Part shown: piece after piece, positions 1-12,098 of the stretch
Position numbering within the stretch: position 1 is the stretch's first letter
Layout of the letters: the number at the start of each line of letters is the position of its first letter
Notes under the pieces: model-generated
The model's database searches: none
What the model saw: only the letters and a program-made list of their open reading frames with translations
What the model was told of the DNA's origin: nothing
Translations under genes and position numbers: made by a program
Assembly (NCBI RefSeq): GCF_006345805.1
Contig: NC_042999.1
Location: 155,806,001-155,870,000, forward strand
Source: Octopus sinensis
Taxonomy: Eukaryota
DNA length: 64,000 nucleotides
Direction: 5' to 3'

Positions 1-570
1 GTTTGTAGAGTAATTTTAGAAGTTAAATAAGTGTTATTAAATATCAATTTCTAATTAATATATAATAATATGAAAATAGTTAGGAGTGAGATATTTATAG
101 CATAAATAGTGAGATTTATACTTTACTCTGACTAGTTATTAGTTATTAGGTTACGACTAAACCACACAGAGTAATCATCTATAGACACTGTTTTCAAAGA
201 AAACTTGATATTCCGTGACTTAAACCATTAAACATCATTTAATTGATGACTGAGAAAATTAAACTGTGTGTGTGTGTGTGGTAGGCACAGGTGTGGCTGT
301 GTGGTAAGAAGTTTGCTTCATAACCACATGGTTCTGAGTTCAGTTCCACTGCATGGCACCTTGGGTAGGTGTCTTCTATTATAGCCTCAGGCCAACCAAA
401 GCCTTGTGAATGGATTTGGTAGACAGAAACTGAAAGAAGACTGTCATGTGTTTATGCCTATCACTCACTACCAATTAACAACTGGTGTTGGTGTGTTTAT
501 GTCCTTGTAACTTAGTGGTTCAACAAAAGAGACCAATAGAATAAGAACCAGTCATCTTCTGCATGGCATC

Positions 571-801
571 TCTTATTTCTTTATTGCCCACAAGGGGCTA
601 AACAGAGAGGACAAACAAGGACAGACAAAGGGGTTAAGTTGATTACATCGACCCCAGTGCATAACTGGTACTTATTTAATCAACCCCGAAAGGATGAAAG
701 GCAAAGTTGACCTTGGTGGAATTTGAACTAAGGATGTAACAGATGAAATACCGCTAAGCATTTTGCTCAGCATGCTAACATTTCTGCCAACTCGCTACCT
801 T
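571..801 (-). mobile_element. SINE family B (AGGCGGCGAGCTGGCAGAA head, Nin/Deu-like core), diverged copy
   Basis: Reverse complement of the family consensus seen at 7469, 7863, 27372 and 29612; core GGTCGACTTTGCCTTTCATCCTTTCGGGGTCGAT is degenerate here. Confidence 0.85.
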
Positions 802-1307
802 AATATTGCAAGCTATGGTGCCATGTAAGAAGCACGCAGTGCAACACACTGTAAAGTAGTTGGCATTAGGAAGGACAGCCAGCCACAGAAACCATGCCAA
901 AACAGATAATGGAATTTGGTGCGGGTCCTAACCTTACCAGTCAGTTCCTGTCAAACCGTCCAACCCATGCCAGCATGGAAAACAGACATTAACTGATGAG
1001 GAGGGTGATGATAATGAAGGTATTTTATCAGACAGCATTAACAAATTCTCCCAACACAAGCACATGTTTAAGCAACCAAAAGCACATGCACACACACACA
1101 CTCTCTCTTTTTCTCTCTCTTGAAGCCATAGCTTTGGGGCTTAAAACTTTTAACTGGTGGTGGGAGGGAAAGTCACATTTCTTCTTCTGTTTGACTCTTG
1201 ACACCATCCTGTGTTTTCTTGGCATTCATTGTCTCCAGGCTATGAGGATTGACAGGTCAGGCTGACCCTCAGCTAGACAAAACAACAGCACTAACAATTC
1301 TGAGTCA

Positions 1308-1401
1308 TTAGCCCTCAATGTCAGCACTTTCAAAAGACTGAGGTCTATCCAACCTGCTGTATATGGGTGGAGGAGGAAATATACTTGTGTCAATTATATG
1401 T
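1308..1401 (-). CDS. Candidate terminal coding exon of an unidentified minus-strand gene (HIIDTSIFPPPPIYSRLDRPQSFESADIEG*)
   Basis: Long poly-T tract + TACTAG acceptor (AG at 1403-1402). Only one frame is open, for 30 codons to TAA at 1310-1308. Non-repetitive and contains a PPxY motif. No homology search was possible. Confidence 0.45.
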
Positions 1402-2044
1402 CTAGTAAAAGAAAAAAAAAAAAAAAAAAAGCCCTTATTTAATCCTTTTGACACCAACCTTCCTTAAAACTGACCTTGGTCTTATACTAGCTTCCTGTTT
1501 TGAAATGTTCTTAAAAACCTTCCCTCAAAATTCTATGCTAATTTATATTCCAAACACCAGCTTAAAAATGATAAAATTATTTTACTAAATTCTTTGTTAT
1601 TTTCAAAATTAATTCAAAGACAATACATTTCAAGAGAAATGTTCTCATTGTTCTGTTATTGTCCTTGGTTTAAAGTCTTTGATTCTCTCTTCAGATTGCT
1701 ACTGGCACCAACAGTTTTAGAAGCCATTTAAATATTTGTCCTCTATCTCAGGTATTTCTCAATTAGTTAAACAAGCATTTCTGTAACAATTGCCTCCACT
1801 CGTAAAACAGAGGCAAAGGGGTGTAAGAGCTGCAGGATGATGCACATACAAGGCATGGTGGCAGGCAATGAGTATGAGTAAGGAATACTACATACACTGA
1901 AATAGAAAGAATTAGGGATAGGGGAAAAGGAAAGGAAGTCAATGGCAGTGGTTATGGGAGGAGCCATATAATTGAGAAATACTAATTCTTTATAGGAAAA
2001 ATCTAGAACATAAATAACATGTAAAGAAAGACAAGAAAAATAAC

Positions 2045-2362
2045 TGGCACTCCATCGGTTAAACCGACAAGTGTTTCAGTTGATCCAGTCAATGGAATAT
2101 CCTGCTCATGAAATTAATGTGCAAGTGGCTGAGCACTCCACAGACGTGTACCCTTAATGTAGTTCTCAGGGAGATCTAGCATGACACAGTATATGACATG
2201 TCTGGCCCTTTCAAATACTGGCACAACTGATTTTTGGCAACTGAGCAGACAGAAGCAACGTGAAATGAAGCGTCTTGCTCAAGTACACAATGTGCCACCA
2301 GGAATTGAACTCCCAGCCTTACAATCAGGAGCCAAATGCCCCAACCTCTAAGCCAGGCCCCT
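2045..2362 (-). mobile_element. SINE family D (tRNA head, TTGAGCAAGAC core, RTE-like 3' tail)
   Basis: Homologous to copies at 31630-31900, 39707-40030, 43901-44195 and 52846-53146. Confidence 0.85.
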
Positions 2363-3386
2363 CCTTTAACATTAACTCCTTTACTTGTTTCAGTCATTTG
2401 ACTGTGGCCATGCTGGAGCACCACCTTTAGTCAAACAAATCACCCCCAGGACATTCTTTGGAAGTCTAGTACTTATTCTATCGGGTCTTTTGCCTAACCA
2501 CTAAGTTATGGGGACGTAAACACACTACCATCGGTTATCAAGCGATGTTGGGGGGAGGGGGACAAACACAGACTCACAAACATATACACACACACATATA
2601 TATATATATATATACGATGCCTGAGGCTATAGTAGAAGACACTTGCCCAAGGTGCCACGCAGTGGGAATGAACCCGGAACCATGTCATTGGTAAGCAAGT
2701 CCTGGGGTTGATTCATTTGACTAAAAATTCTTGAAATGCAGTGCTCCAGCATGGCCACGGTCAAATGACTGAAGCAAGTAAAAGATAAAAGATATGCCAT
2801 ACTTCCTGAGATTACTCCTGGTGGCAAAAGCAGACTTCAAAATTTACTGGTCACCATGTATTAAGAAATGGCATTTTTATCAGCAGTAAACAATGAAACT
2901 ATTTGTGAAAGAAAGCCTTTAAATTGATGGTATTTTCTGGAGATTGTAGATAAGATGTGTTAAATTAATTGAGAAGGAAATAGTTGTTTGTGACAAGTTC
3001 AGAGATTTCTGTGAACTAACAAGGGATGTTTTGTATGAAAGATAGACGAATGTACATAATGGATGTATGGTACTTTATGACAGATTTGGAATAAAAATGC
3101 AGATTCTAAGGAAGGAAATGATGTTTTGGAATGACGTAGGCAAACAAAGATAAAAGCAAACAGAAAGTGAGTCAAAATTAATTGAGATTTATAGAAAGAT
3201 GGTGGCCATTTTAAGAATGGCTGTATGGTTAAGATGCTTGCTTCCCAACCATATGGTTCCGGGTAGTCACACTGTGTGGCATCTTGGGCAAGTGTCTTCT
3301 ACAGCTCTGGGCTGACCAATATCTTTTGAGAGAATTTGGTAGACAAAAACTGAAGACCATTATATGTGTGCGTGTGTATATATATA

Positions 3387-3687
3387 ACGTTATATAATTA
3401 GGGCTCAGTAAAATAATTTACTTTGCCACATACTGAAATTTTTAGAAATAGCAGCCAAAAAGTTTTTTTAGCCATTTCTACTACTTTAAGAAGTCTCCCA
3501 GATAGTGTTTACTCAAAAATAATTCACGTAGATATGGAGGGAAAACACCAAAATATCACATGTACAAAGATTATTTGAGAACGCTCACGTTTCTAGATTA
3601 GTCGAATGAAACTTTTTGGCTGCTATTTCTAAAAATTTCAGTATGTGGCAAAGTAAATTATTTTACTGAGCCCTAATTATATAGCGT
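3387..3687. mobile_element. MITE / foldback element with ~72-bp perfect terminal inverted repeats
   Basis: 3391-3462 is the exact reverse complement of 3612-3683; ~150-bp spacer; TA-rich flanks. Confidence 0.85.
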
Positions 3688-4661
3688 AATATTTTGAATA
3701 CGCCTTGAATGGTCCTTTTACATACTGAACACTAGTTGGTGAAATTAATTAATAATTAATTGATAATACCCTTAATCATTGATTATATATATATATATAT
3801 ATATACACACACTTCGCTTTTGGATTTGGTTTGCAAGATTCTTTGAGTTTGTGTGTTGAAGTATATTATGTTGTGTCCAAGGAGAGTCATTCTCTTTTAG
3901 TGCCTTGTTATTTAACACACTCACCAGTTCAGTTTCCACTCATTTGCTTATTTTTCCTAAAATTTTCGTTGGGTCTTGCAACCTTTTCAGTAGACAACTA
4001 TTGAAAAGTGTAGTGAGTACTTTTTATGTGCCACCGGCACAGGCACCAGTCAGGTGGGCTTGGCATCAATCATGTTCAGATGATGCATTTTATGTGCCAA
4101 TGGAAGAGGAGCCAGTCGGGGAACTAGCCACAGCTATGATTTTGGTTTTACTTGACTCAACAAGTCTTCTCAAACATATCATATTGCCCGATGCATCAAA
4201 GGTACTCTTAAATGGGCTGGACATGCATATATATATATATACACACACACGTAATGGGCTCCTTTCAGTTTCCATCTACCAAATCCACTAAGAAGGCTTT
4301 GGTCAGCCTGAGGCTATAGTAGAAGACACTTGCCCAAAGTGCCATGCAGTGGAACTGAACTGGAACCCATGAGGTTGGGAAGCAAACTTATCACACAGTC
4401 ACACCTGTGCATACATACATACACACACATGCATTCTACACTGATATAACTTGCATGGGTCTGTATTACAACACAGTAATACCTCCACAAGCTACAGGGG
4501 ATCATAAAGTTAGCATTAAGTAGATAAGAGATTAATCTCACCCTAGTTATGATTCTATTCCATATCAGGTAACGACCACATCCATACCATTTAAAATCTA
4601 TTCACCATAACTCATAAAAGAAAATACTGGAAAAAGTAAAGAAATATGCCAACAACATGTT

Positions 4662-5585
4662 CTCAGATCTATCTCTGATCTCCTGCCTACGAATATGAAC
4701 CTAATGAAGTGAGACAAATCAGATAATCCTGAGTACCCATTCTGCTGGGGCAGGCAGACAATGGAACATGTTCTGAGCTGCAGCAGAGTGGCACTAGCCC
4801 AAGGAAGATACATGTAGAGGCACAATCAAGTGCTTAACCCTTTAGCATTCAAACCGGCCATATCTGACCAAAATATTTAACCTGTTTTATATTGAAACTG
4901 ACCAGCTCTCGCCTCAGCCCTACCATGTCATTCTAAAACTAAAAAATCACATCACTGAAATCTCTAAACTACAAGATAATGCATGATTAATTCAAACCAT
5001 TTTAAATAAACAAACATCACATTTGACAGAATAATCTGAACACTAAAGGGTTAAAGAGATCATACACATAAGTTTGGCAAGTGTAAAACCAAGATTTCCA
5101 ACAACATTTTACATGACAGGAAACAGAAAAATCATGGCCAGAAACAGCTATGTCTTACAGGGTATGAGAATGGAGTCTTCTGAGTGGTGGGGATGACTGG
5201 AGGTGCTCAGCAGACCTTTCAGGATCAACAAAACCACCAGAAATCATCAGGAAGGGTGGCTTGAGGCCGGATATCGTATTCCATTCCAGATCATTCAAGC
5301 AACAGATTTTGATTGAACTCGCCATGCTGTTTGAAAATAGAATAGAAGCACGTGTGTTCAAAGACAAAAAAATATGCCAGACTGGTCAACAGACTAAGCA
5401 AAGCCAACTTCTAGGTCAAGGTTCTTGCCATAGAGGTTGAAGCCAGAGGCTTTTGAGGGGGAAAATCTGTTTATGATCTAATGAAACCACTCTCAGCCTC
5501 TAGGAAGAACAGGACCTAAGGCAATATCAGAGACAACAGAGAGAGGCTCCAGCTGGATCTGGTTGAGGAGGAACGAGAATGACCT
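4662..5585 (+). pseudogene. Degenerate Hero-like (R2 superfamily, RLE) LINE 3' ORF fragment
   Basis: Translation gives ..DLLPT..QTMEHVLSC...GRYM*RHNQVL|KEI (decayed zinc-knuckle region) and DWRCSADL..GLRPDIVF..QQILIEL..KKYARL..EVEARGF (PD-(D/E)xK restriction-like endonuclease). Multiple stops and frameshifts. Confidence 0.85.
4838..5050. mobile_element. piggyBac-type MITE (TTAA TSD, CCCTTTAG termini), family 1
   Basis: TTAA at 4834-4837 and 5051-5054; termini CCCTTTAG...CTAAAGGG; removing it restores the Hero reading frame HNQVLKEI. Confidence 0.9.
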
Positions 5586-6611
5586 CCAAACTGTGTGAAG
5601 GCAATTTTGATATTCTAATATGTAACTCGAAGTCATTGTGAAAGCGTCGGCATTTTACCGCTACCATGGCAACCAACGTTATTTCTTCTTTAAGTGTAAT
5701 TTTGAAAGCTGAGTCAGCAGAGAGGGTTTCAACTAGATGAGATCTCCAAGCAGTTTAAAAGCACAAGTCTCCGAAATCCAAATGGCATCCAGGAGTCATG
5801 ACCTGGATGTGGCCTGGACTCCTCAGAGTCTAAGTAGTTAAGAACCTGAACACTTGCCTGAGCGGGGCTTTCTCTTTGAAATCTGCTGCCATTCTGCTCT
5901 CTTGAGAGTTTAACACTGCTACAAGTTTGAATTCCTAAGCTGTAAGTTAGTAGGCCAATACTTAATCCACTTGGCTATTAGACTTACATGTAAATACAAC
6001 AAATGGACTAAATATGGAAAACAGACGGTAATTAATAAAGAAAGCAAATATACAGTTTATATGTAAAGTGAAAATATTTTTTTGTTTAATATATTTTATT
6101 CTGTGAGTAGTGCCATCAGAGGTTACCTGATCACAATTCTTTCACCAGTAAAATTATATTCTTTTAATTAGAACCATTTAAGTGCCTGGATTAAATATAA
6201 GAGTTTTATTTCTTACAATGAAACCATGGCAATTAATTATACGTCATTAAATTTTTTTTTAGCTCTGACTCACTTCAACATCATTCACCTTTCCATGCTT
6301 GCATGGGTTGGACAGAATTTGCTGAGGTAGATTTTCTACAGGTAGATGCCCTTCTTGTCATCAATCTTTTATTCAAAATATATAATAAAAGTCATATTTC
6401 CCCAGAGCCAGACATATTTTCATGAGACTGGAATTGAACAACACTTGTATAACAGTGATGCTCATTTACAACCACCAGGTGATGTCAAGATACAGCCACA
6501 CACACACACACACCTGTTGTTAAGGATCAGTTTATACAGCCACCTGAGAGCTTACCATTTCCATGATGTTCAGACATGAAGAAATGCCATCATATATTTT
6601 ATATATATATA

Positions 6612-7020
6612 GGCGCAGGAGAGTGGCTGTGTGGTAAGTAGCTTGCTAACCAGCCACATGGTTCCGGGTTCAGTCCCACTGCGTGGCATCTTGGGCAAGT
6701 GTCTTCTGCTATAGCCCCGGACCGACCAATGCCTTGTGAGTGGATTTGGTAGACAGAAACTGAAAGAAGCCTGTCGTATATATGTATATATATGTTTATA
6801 TGGGTGTGTGTGTGCCTGTGTTTGTCCCCCTAGCATTGGTTGACAACCGATGCTGGTGTGTTTATGTCCCCGTCACTTAGCGGTTCGGCAAAAGAGACCG
6901 ATAGAATAAGTACTGGGCTTACAAAGAATAAGTCCCGGGGTCGATTTGCTCGACTAAAGGCGGTGCTCCAGCATGGCCGCAGTCAAATGACTGAAACAAG
7001 TAAAAGAGTAAAAGAGAAAG
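6612..7020 (+). mobile_element. SINE family A (tRNA-derived head, CORE-like CCTTGGGCAAGT domain; OR-type octopus SINE), near-consensus full-length copy
   Basis: A-box-like TGGCTGTGTGG, B-box-like GGTTCAGTCCC, CORE-like segment, internal (TA/TG)n and GTAAAAGA tail. Dozens of homologues in the window. Family name is from memory. Confidence 0.9.
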
Positions 7021-7468
7021 AGTATATGTTGACATTACACACATACGTACACAATGGGATCCTTTCAGTTACTGTCTACCAAATCCACCCAAGGCTTTGC
7101 TAGGCCTGGAACTATACGATAATTACCCAGGGTACCACACAGTAGAACTGACCTGAAAACCACATGGTTGGGAAGCAAGCTACTCAATTACACGGCAACC
7201 ATACCTTTGTGTGTGCACACACACACACACACCAGCTTCATATAGTCTCCATCTAACAAATCCACCCACAGTTAGGGTTGACATAAACGACTTATCAAGG
7301 TACCCCACAATGGGACTGACCCTGAAACTACAGGATTGTGAAATGAACTTAACCACAGAGCCTCACCAACACCTGACCTTTATATCACTGCTTGAACTAA
7401 GTTGTTGATGCTGCTGCTGCTGCTACCAGGAAAGAACTGAATCAAATTTTTACACTAATCTTTTATTT

Positions 7469-7703
7469 CTTATTTCTTTATTGCCCACAAGGGGCTAAAC
7501 ATAGAGGGGACAAACAAGGACAGACACAGGGATTAAGTCAATTACATCAACCCCAGTGCATAACTGGTACTTAATTTATTGACTCCGAAAGGATAAAAGG
7601 CAAAGTCGACCTCGGCAGAATTTGAACTCAGAATGTAACGGCAGACGAAATACCGCTAAGCATTTCGCCCGGTGTGCTAATGCTTCTGCCAGCTCGCCGC
7701 CTT
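7469..7703 (-). mobile_element. SINE family B, full length
   Basis: Near-identical to 7863-8096 and 29612-29848. Confidence 0.9.
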
Positions 7704-7862
7704 TATCCTTTTTTTCTTTCAGTCATTAGACTGCAGCCATGCAGGAATTTTAGTCAAACAAATCAACCCCAGTACTTGTTCATTTGTTTTAAACCCGAGA
7801 CTTATTCTATCAGTCAATTTTACTGAATTGTCAAGTTCCAGAAACATAAACACATCAACACC

Positions 7863-8096
7863 TATTTCTTTATTACCCACAAGGGGCTAAACACAGAGGG
7901 GACAAACAAGGATAGACAAAGGGATTAAGTCGATTACATCGACCCCAGTGCGTAACTGGTACTTAATTTATCGACCCCGAAAGGATGAAAGGCAAAGTCG
8001 ACCTCGGCGGGATTTGAACTCACAACGTAACGCAGACGAAATACCGCTAAGCATTTCGCCTGGCGTGCTAACGTTTCTGCCAGCTCGCCGCCTTTT
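7863..8096 (-). mobile_element. SINE family B, young copy nested in a family A copy
   Basis: Flanked by 21-bp direct repeats at 7842-7862 and 8097-8117 (1 mismatch); CpGs retained. Confidence 0.92.
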
Positions 8097-9317
8097 AAAC
8101 ATAAACACATCGACACCATTTGTCAAACAGTGGAGAGCATGGGCCAGACACAAAGCCACACACACACACACACACACACTCATACAACAGGATTCCTTCA
8201 CTTTCCATTCAACAGATCCACCCACAAAGCTTTGGTCAGTCCAGAGCTACAGCAGAAGACCCTTGCCCAAGGTGCCATGCAGTGGGAATGAACCCAGAAC
8301 CATGTGGTTGGGAAGCCAGCTTCTCATCACACAGCCAGGCCTGCACCTATTATTAATGGTCATAATTTTTGATAAGACATAATCTAGCATTTCCTTCTGT
8401 TTGTGCAATAATTCCTGCAGAGAAGCTTTTGCGGAAAGCCTTAAGTTTAGATAAACAAGGATGGAACTACAGCTGACTCATACCAAAAAATCTTTATATA
8501 TCAATTTTAGCTGATGGATATTTTTAATTAATCTGTGCTACTGCCAGAGAAATTAGAGAACTAGTCGTTCCTACTTCACTGCTATGGTAATGTAGATGGG
8601 TTACTTTATAAAGACTTTGTTGAAATAGGCTAAGTTACAAAACATTGCAGAGATTCCAGCTTCTCTAGTAAAGTACAGCAAAGTGACTAAATTAGAAGTT
8701 AATGAATAGTTCAGCTTGGGTGAGTTTTAATTCCTTCACATCAAATTCTTTTAAATCAAATAAGTGGAGGGATTAAAAAAAAATGTTAAAAAAATGGTAT
8801 ATTGTTTTATTTGGTGTCTAAAAGAATAACTGACAAAACCAAAAATAAAAAACAAAATATATCATCAGTGTTTTAATGTCTACTTTTCCATGCTAGCATG
8901 GATTAGATGAGAGTAAATTGGAGCAGAGATTTCTAGAGCTAGACACCCCTCTTGGCACCAATCCTTGTCAACACAACACTTTGGCAAAGTGTTTTCACAT
9001 CATTTAACGTCTGTTTTCCATACAGGAATGGGTTGGATGGTTTGATAGGAACTGGCAAGACCAGGAGCTACACCAGCTTCCATAGTCTGGTTTGGTGTGG
9101 TTTCCACAGACTATATATGCTTTTATTTCAATCACTTGACTGAGGCCATGCTGGAGCACCACCTTTAGTCGAATAAATCAACCCCCCCTCCCCAGGACTT
9201 CTTTTGTAAGCCTAGTACTTATTCAATCGGCCTCTTTTGCTGAACTGCTAAGTTATGGGGACATAAACACATCAACATCGGTTGTCAAGCAATGGTTGGG
9301 GGACAAACACAGACTGA

Positions 9318-9550
9318 CGGCACATGGAAAAACATTCGAGCAAGGTCATTGCCAGTGCCGCTGTACAGGTGGCATGTAAAAGCACCCACTACACTCTTGG
9401 AGTGGTTGGCATTATGAAGGGCATCCAGCTGTAGAAACTCTGCCAGATCAGATTGGAGCCTGGTGCAGCCATCTGGTTTGCCAGTCCTCAGTCAAATTGT
9501 CCAATCCATGCCAGCATGGCAAGCAGACGTTAAACGATGATGATGATAAT
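9318..9550 (+). mobile_element. Family C repeat (R4/Dong-like LINE 3' UTR, 5'-truncated) with (GAT)n tail
   Basis: GAAGGGCATCCAGCTGTAGAAAC motif and CATGCCAGCATGG..GACGTTAAACGATGATGAT tail shared with 19425-19793. Confidence 0.8.
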
Positions 9551-10035
9551 GAACAAGCTTCTTTCAGTTTCTGTCTACCAAATCCACTTGCCCAAGGTGC
9601 CACACAGTGAAACTGAACCCAGAACCATGTGGTTGGTAAGCAAGTTACTTACCACACAGCCACTCTTGCATACACACACACGTACTAATCTAGTCTAGGA
9701 GTGGTCGGTGCTTAAGCAGGTCTAGCAGTCTCTCTCTCTGACCTGGGAGGGCCCATACCCTCCCCTATTGTTAAATAGATTACAGGAACTTCAGCTTCCA
9801 TGACTAGACTTGGAATGAATACAGGTGTAGTTGCTTTCTCCAGGCAGGTGGGATTTGAACTCAGCATATAAAGAGCTGGAAGATATACTGTAAAGTATCT
9901 CTGCTGACATGCCAACGATTCTGCCACTCTCCCACCCTCAGAGCAACATGAAGTGTTTTGCTCAAGAACACAATGTACTGTCCAGTCCAGAAATCAAAAC
10001 TATAATTTACCGATCCAGAGTTCAACACCTTAATC

Positions 10036-10203
10036 CAGGGGTTGCCAAACTTTTTAGACCATCAGCCCCTTCGTGGAATCCTTGACCTCTCATCAACCCC
10101 CAGGCATGTACAAGAAAATAGTTAGGTAGATGTGCATTTATCGACCCTTTGAATAATCCCATTGACCCCCAGGGGTTGATACTGACCACCTAGGAGACCC
10201 CTG
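10036..10203. mobile_element. hAT-type MITE inserted in a family D SINE fragment
   Basis: CAGGGGT...ACCCCTG termini; imperfect 8-bp TSD CCTTAATC (10028-10035) / CCTTAACT (10204-10211). Confidence 0.7.
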
Positions 10204-11179
10204 CCTTAACTACTAGGCCATGTGCTTTCACTTAAATGCACACACATGTATGCATGTGTGCACATGACACACAGTTTTCGGTTTCCATCTACCACATTGT
10301 CTGACAAGATATTAGGTGGCTCAGAACCATAGAAGACATTTTCCTAAGGTGCCATGCTGCGAGACTGAACCCGAATTCATGAGGTTAGAAAGCAAACTTC
10401 TTAAGCACACAGCCACCCCTGCATCTATCAGCTTAAAATACAGGGAAAATAAATTACTTTGTGTATGAGGGATGACTTTAAAAATGAACTCAACAACATC
10501 GAAATAATTCTTTTTAAGTAGTGAAAATGTTAATCACAAACTCTGAAAAACTCTGCAAATGTCACTAGAAATGCAAAATAGCCAATTTCTCACACAAAAT
10601 GTAACATTACAAACAACAACACTGGGAAGAGACTAGATTAGTAAACTATTATTATTATTATTATTACTATTATTATTATTGTAAAGTGTCATTGAAGCCA
10701 TCTACTAGTTGAGGGGGAAGCTTAAAGTAAATGCCACAAGTATTATGAAAATAATAAACCCCATCACTAGAATAATTACACCTGTAACGACTTTCAGTGT
10801 TAGAAATTAGAAACAGAATGACAAAGTTTTAGACAATGTGATTCTGAACAAAGGGGTAACACATGGTTGTGTGGGCAAATTCACTTTGCAACCACATGGT
10901 TTCGAGTTCAGTTCCACGGCAAAGCACCTTGGGTAAGTGCCTTCCACTATAGACCTGGGCCAAATACTGAAACTGTGTGTGTGAGTCCCCCCCTACCACC
11001 ACACTTGATAACTGGTGTTGTTGGTTTATGTCCTATAACTTAGCGATTCAGTGAAAGGGACTAACAGAACAAGTACTAGACTTAAAACATACATACTTAA
11101 GGGATGAGATTTGCTCAACCGTAAAACTAAGAGGATATAAACTGGAACTTTCCATGTGGGGTGTTGTGACAGCCTAGGG

Positions 11180-11426
11180 CAGTACCTCTCAACCAAGGTC
11201 CATATAACCCTTAGGGATCTATCTAAGATGGGTTTTGTTAAAATTTATGTGCAATAAATTGCTTATACTTTGATACACCAAATATTTAAATTTTTTATGG
11301 AATTCCTAATAATATTTAATTCTAAAAATATAAGGCTTTTTTGAAACATCAAATAGCCATGAGGGTCCACCAGTGTAAAACCGGAATCTAAGGGATCCGT
11401 GGGCAAGAAATAGTTGAAAACCACTG
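11180..11426. mobile_element. hAT (Charlie-like) MITE
   Basis: Degenerate termini CAGTACCTCTCAACC / AGTTGAAAACCACTG; the TSD is decayed. Confidence 0.65.
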
Positions 11427-12098
11427 GTCTATATTATCGTAGACATCAGTTAGGGGGTGCCATGAGGTTTTAAAATTTATATAAATGGCGGTGCCCCAGC
11501 ATGGCCACAGCTTGTGAGCTGAAACTAAATAAAATTTAAAAAAATAAATACAATTATCAAAAGTGTCAAAAGCCAGCAGATAGAAGGGTGCAAAGTGGGA
11601 TATTATGTGGAATGGTGTTGAAGACTTTTTTCCTCTGATGTTTCTTTATTTCTCTTATTTGAGAGAAAAAAAGGGTGTCTTCAGCATGCCATCAAGACCC
11701 TAAACTTAATGGCTGAATCCAACTTGTTCTCATCATCAACATCATTTAATGTCTGTATCCCATGCTGGCATGGGTCAGATAGTTAGACAGGGGCTGGGAA
11801 GACCAGAGAGCTGCACCAGGCTCCAATGATTTTTGGCATGATTTCTATGATTGGATGCCCCTCCTAATGCCTCTTAATGTTGTTACTTTACAGAGTGTAC
11901 TGGGTACATTTTATGTGGCACCAGTACAGGTTCTGTGTTATTATTCAACCCAAGGTCAGTCTGCCAGCCCATTTCCCACACTTAAATTGTTGATAAGTCA
12001 GAATGATAAGACTAAAATTGTATACATTTTTAAGTTGGTAGGGTGTAATCTGAGAGAATACTACCTATTTCTTCTAGTAGGTCAAGTAACTATATATA

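Noticed and set aside
1752-1982. MITE defined by a 14-bp inverted repeat (1752-1765 / 1969-1982)
   Set aside because: Short and AT-rich with no TSD and no second copy with the same ends, so it is compatible with chance.
5155-5939. Minus-strand exon/ORF (70 aa in the track) with apparent splice sites
   Set aside because: All minus frames contain stops, and the plus strand explains the region as a Hero-like RLE domain and 3' UTR.
8692-8747. Alternative terminal exon FDVKELKLTQAELFINF* and neighbouring open frames at 8350-8540
   Set aside because: The acceptor is weak, and the apparent donor at ~8345 belongs to a SINE head. These cannot be distinguished from chance.
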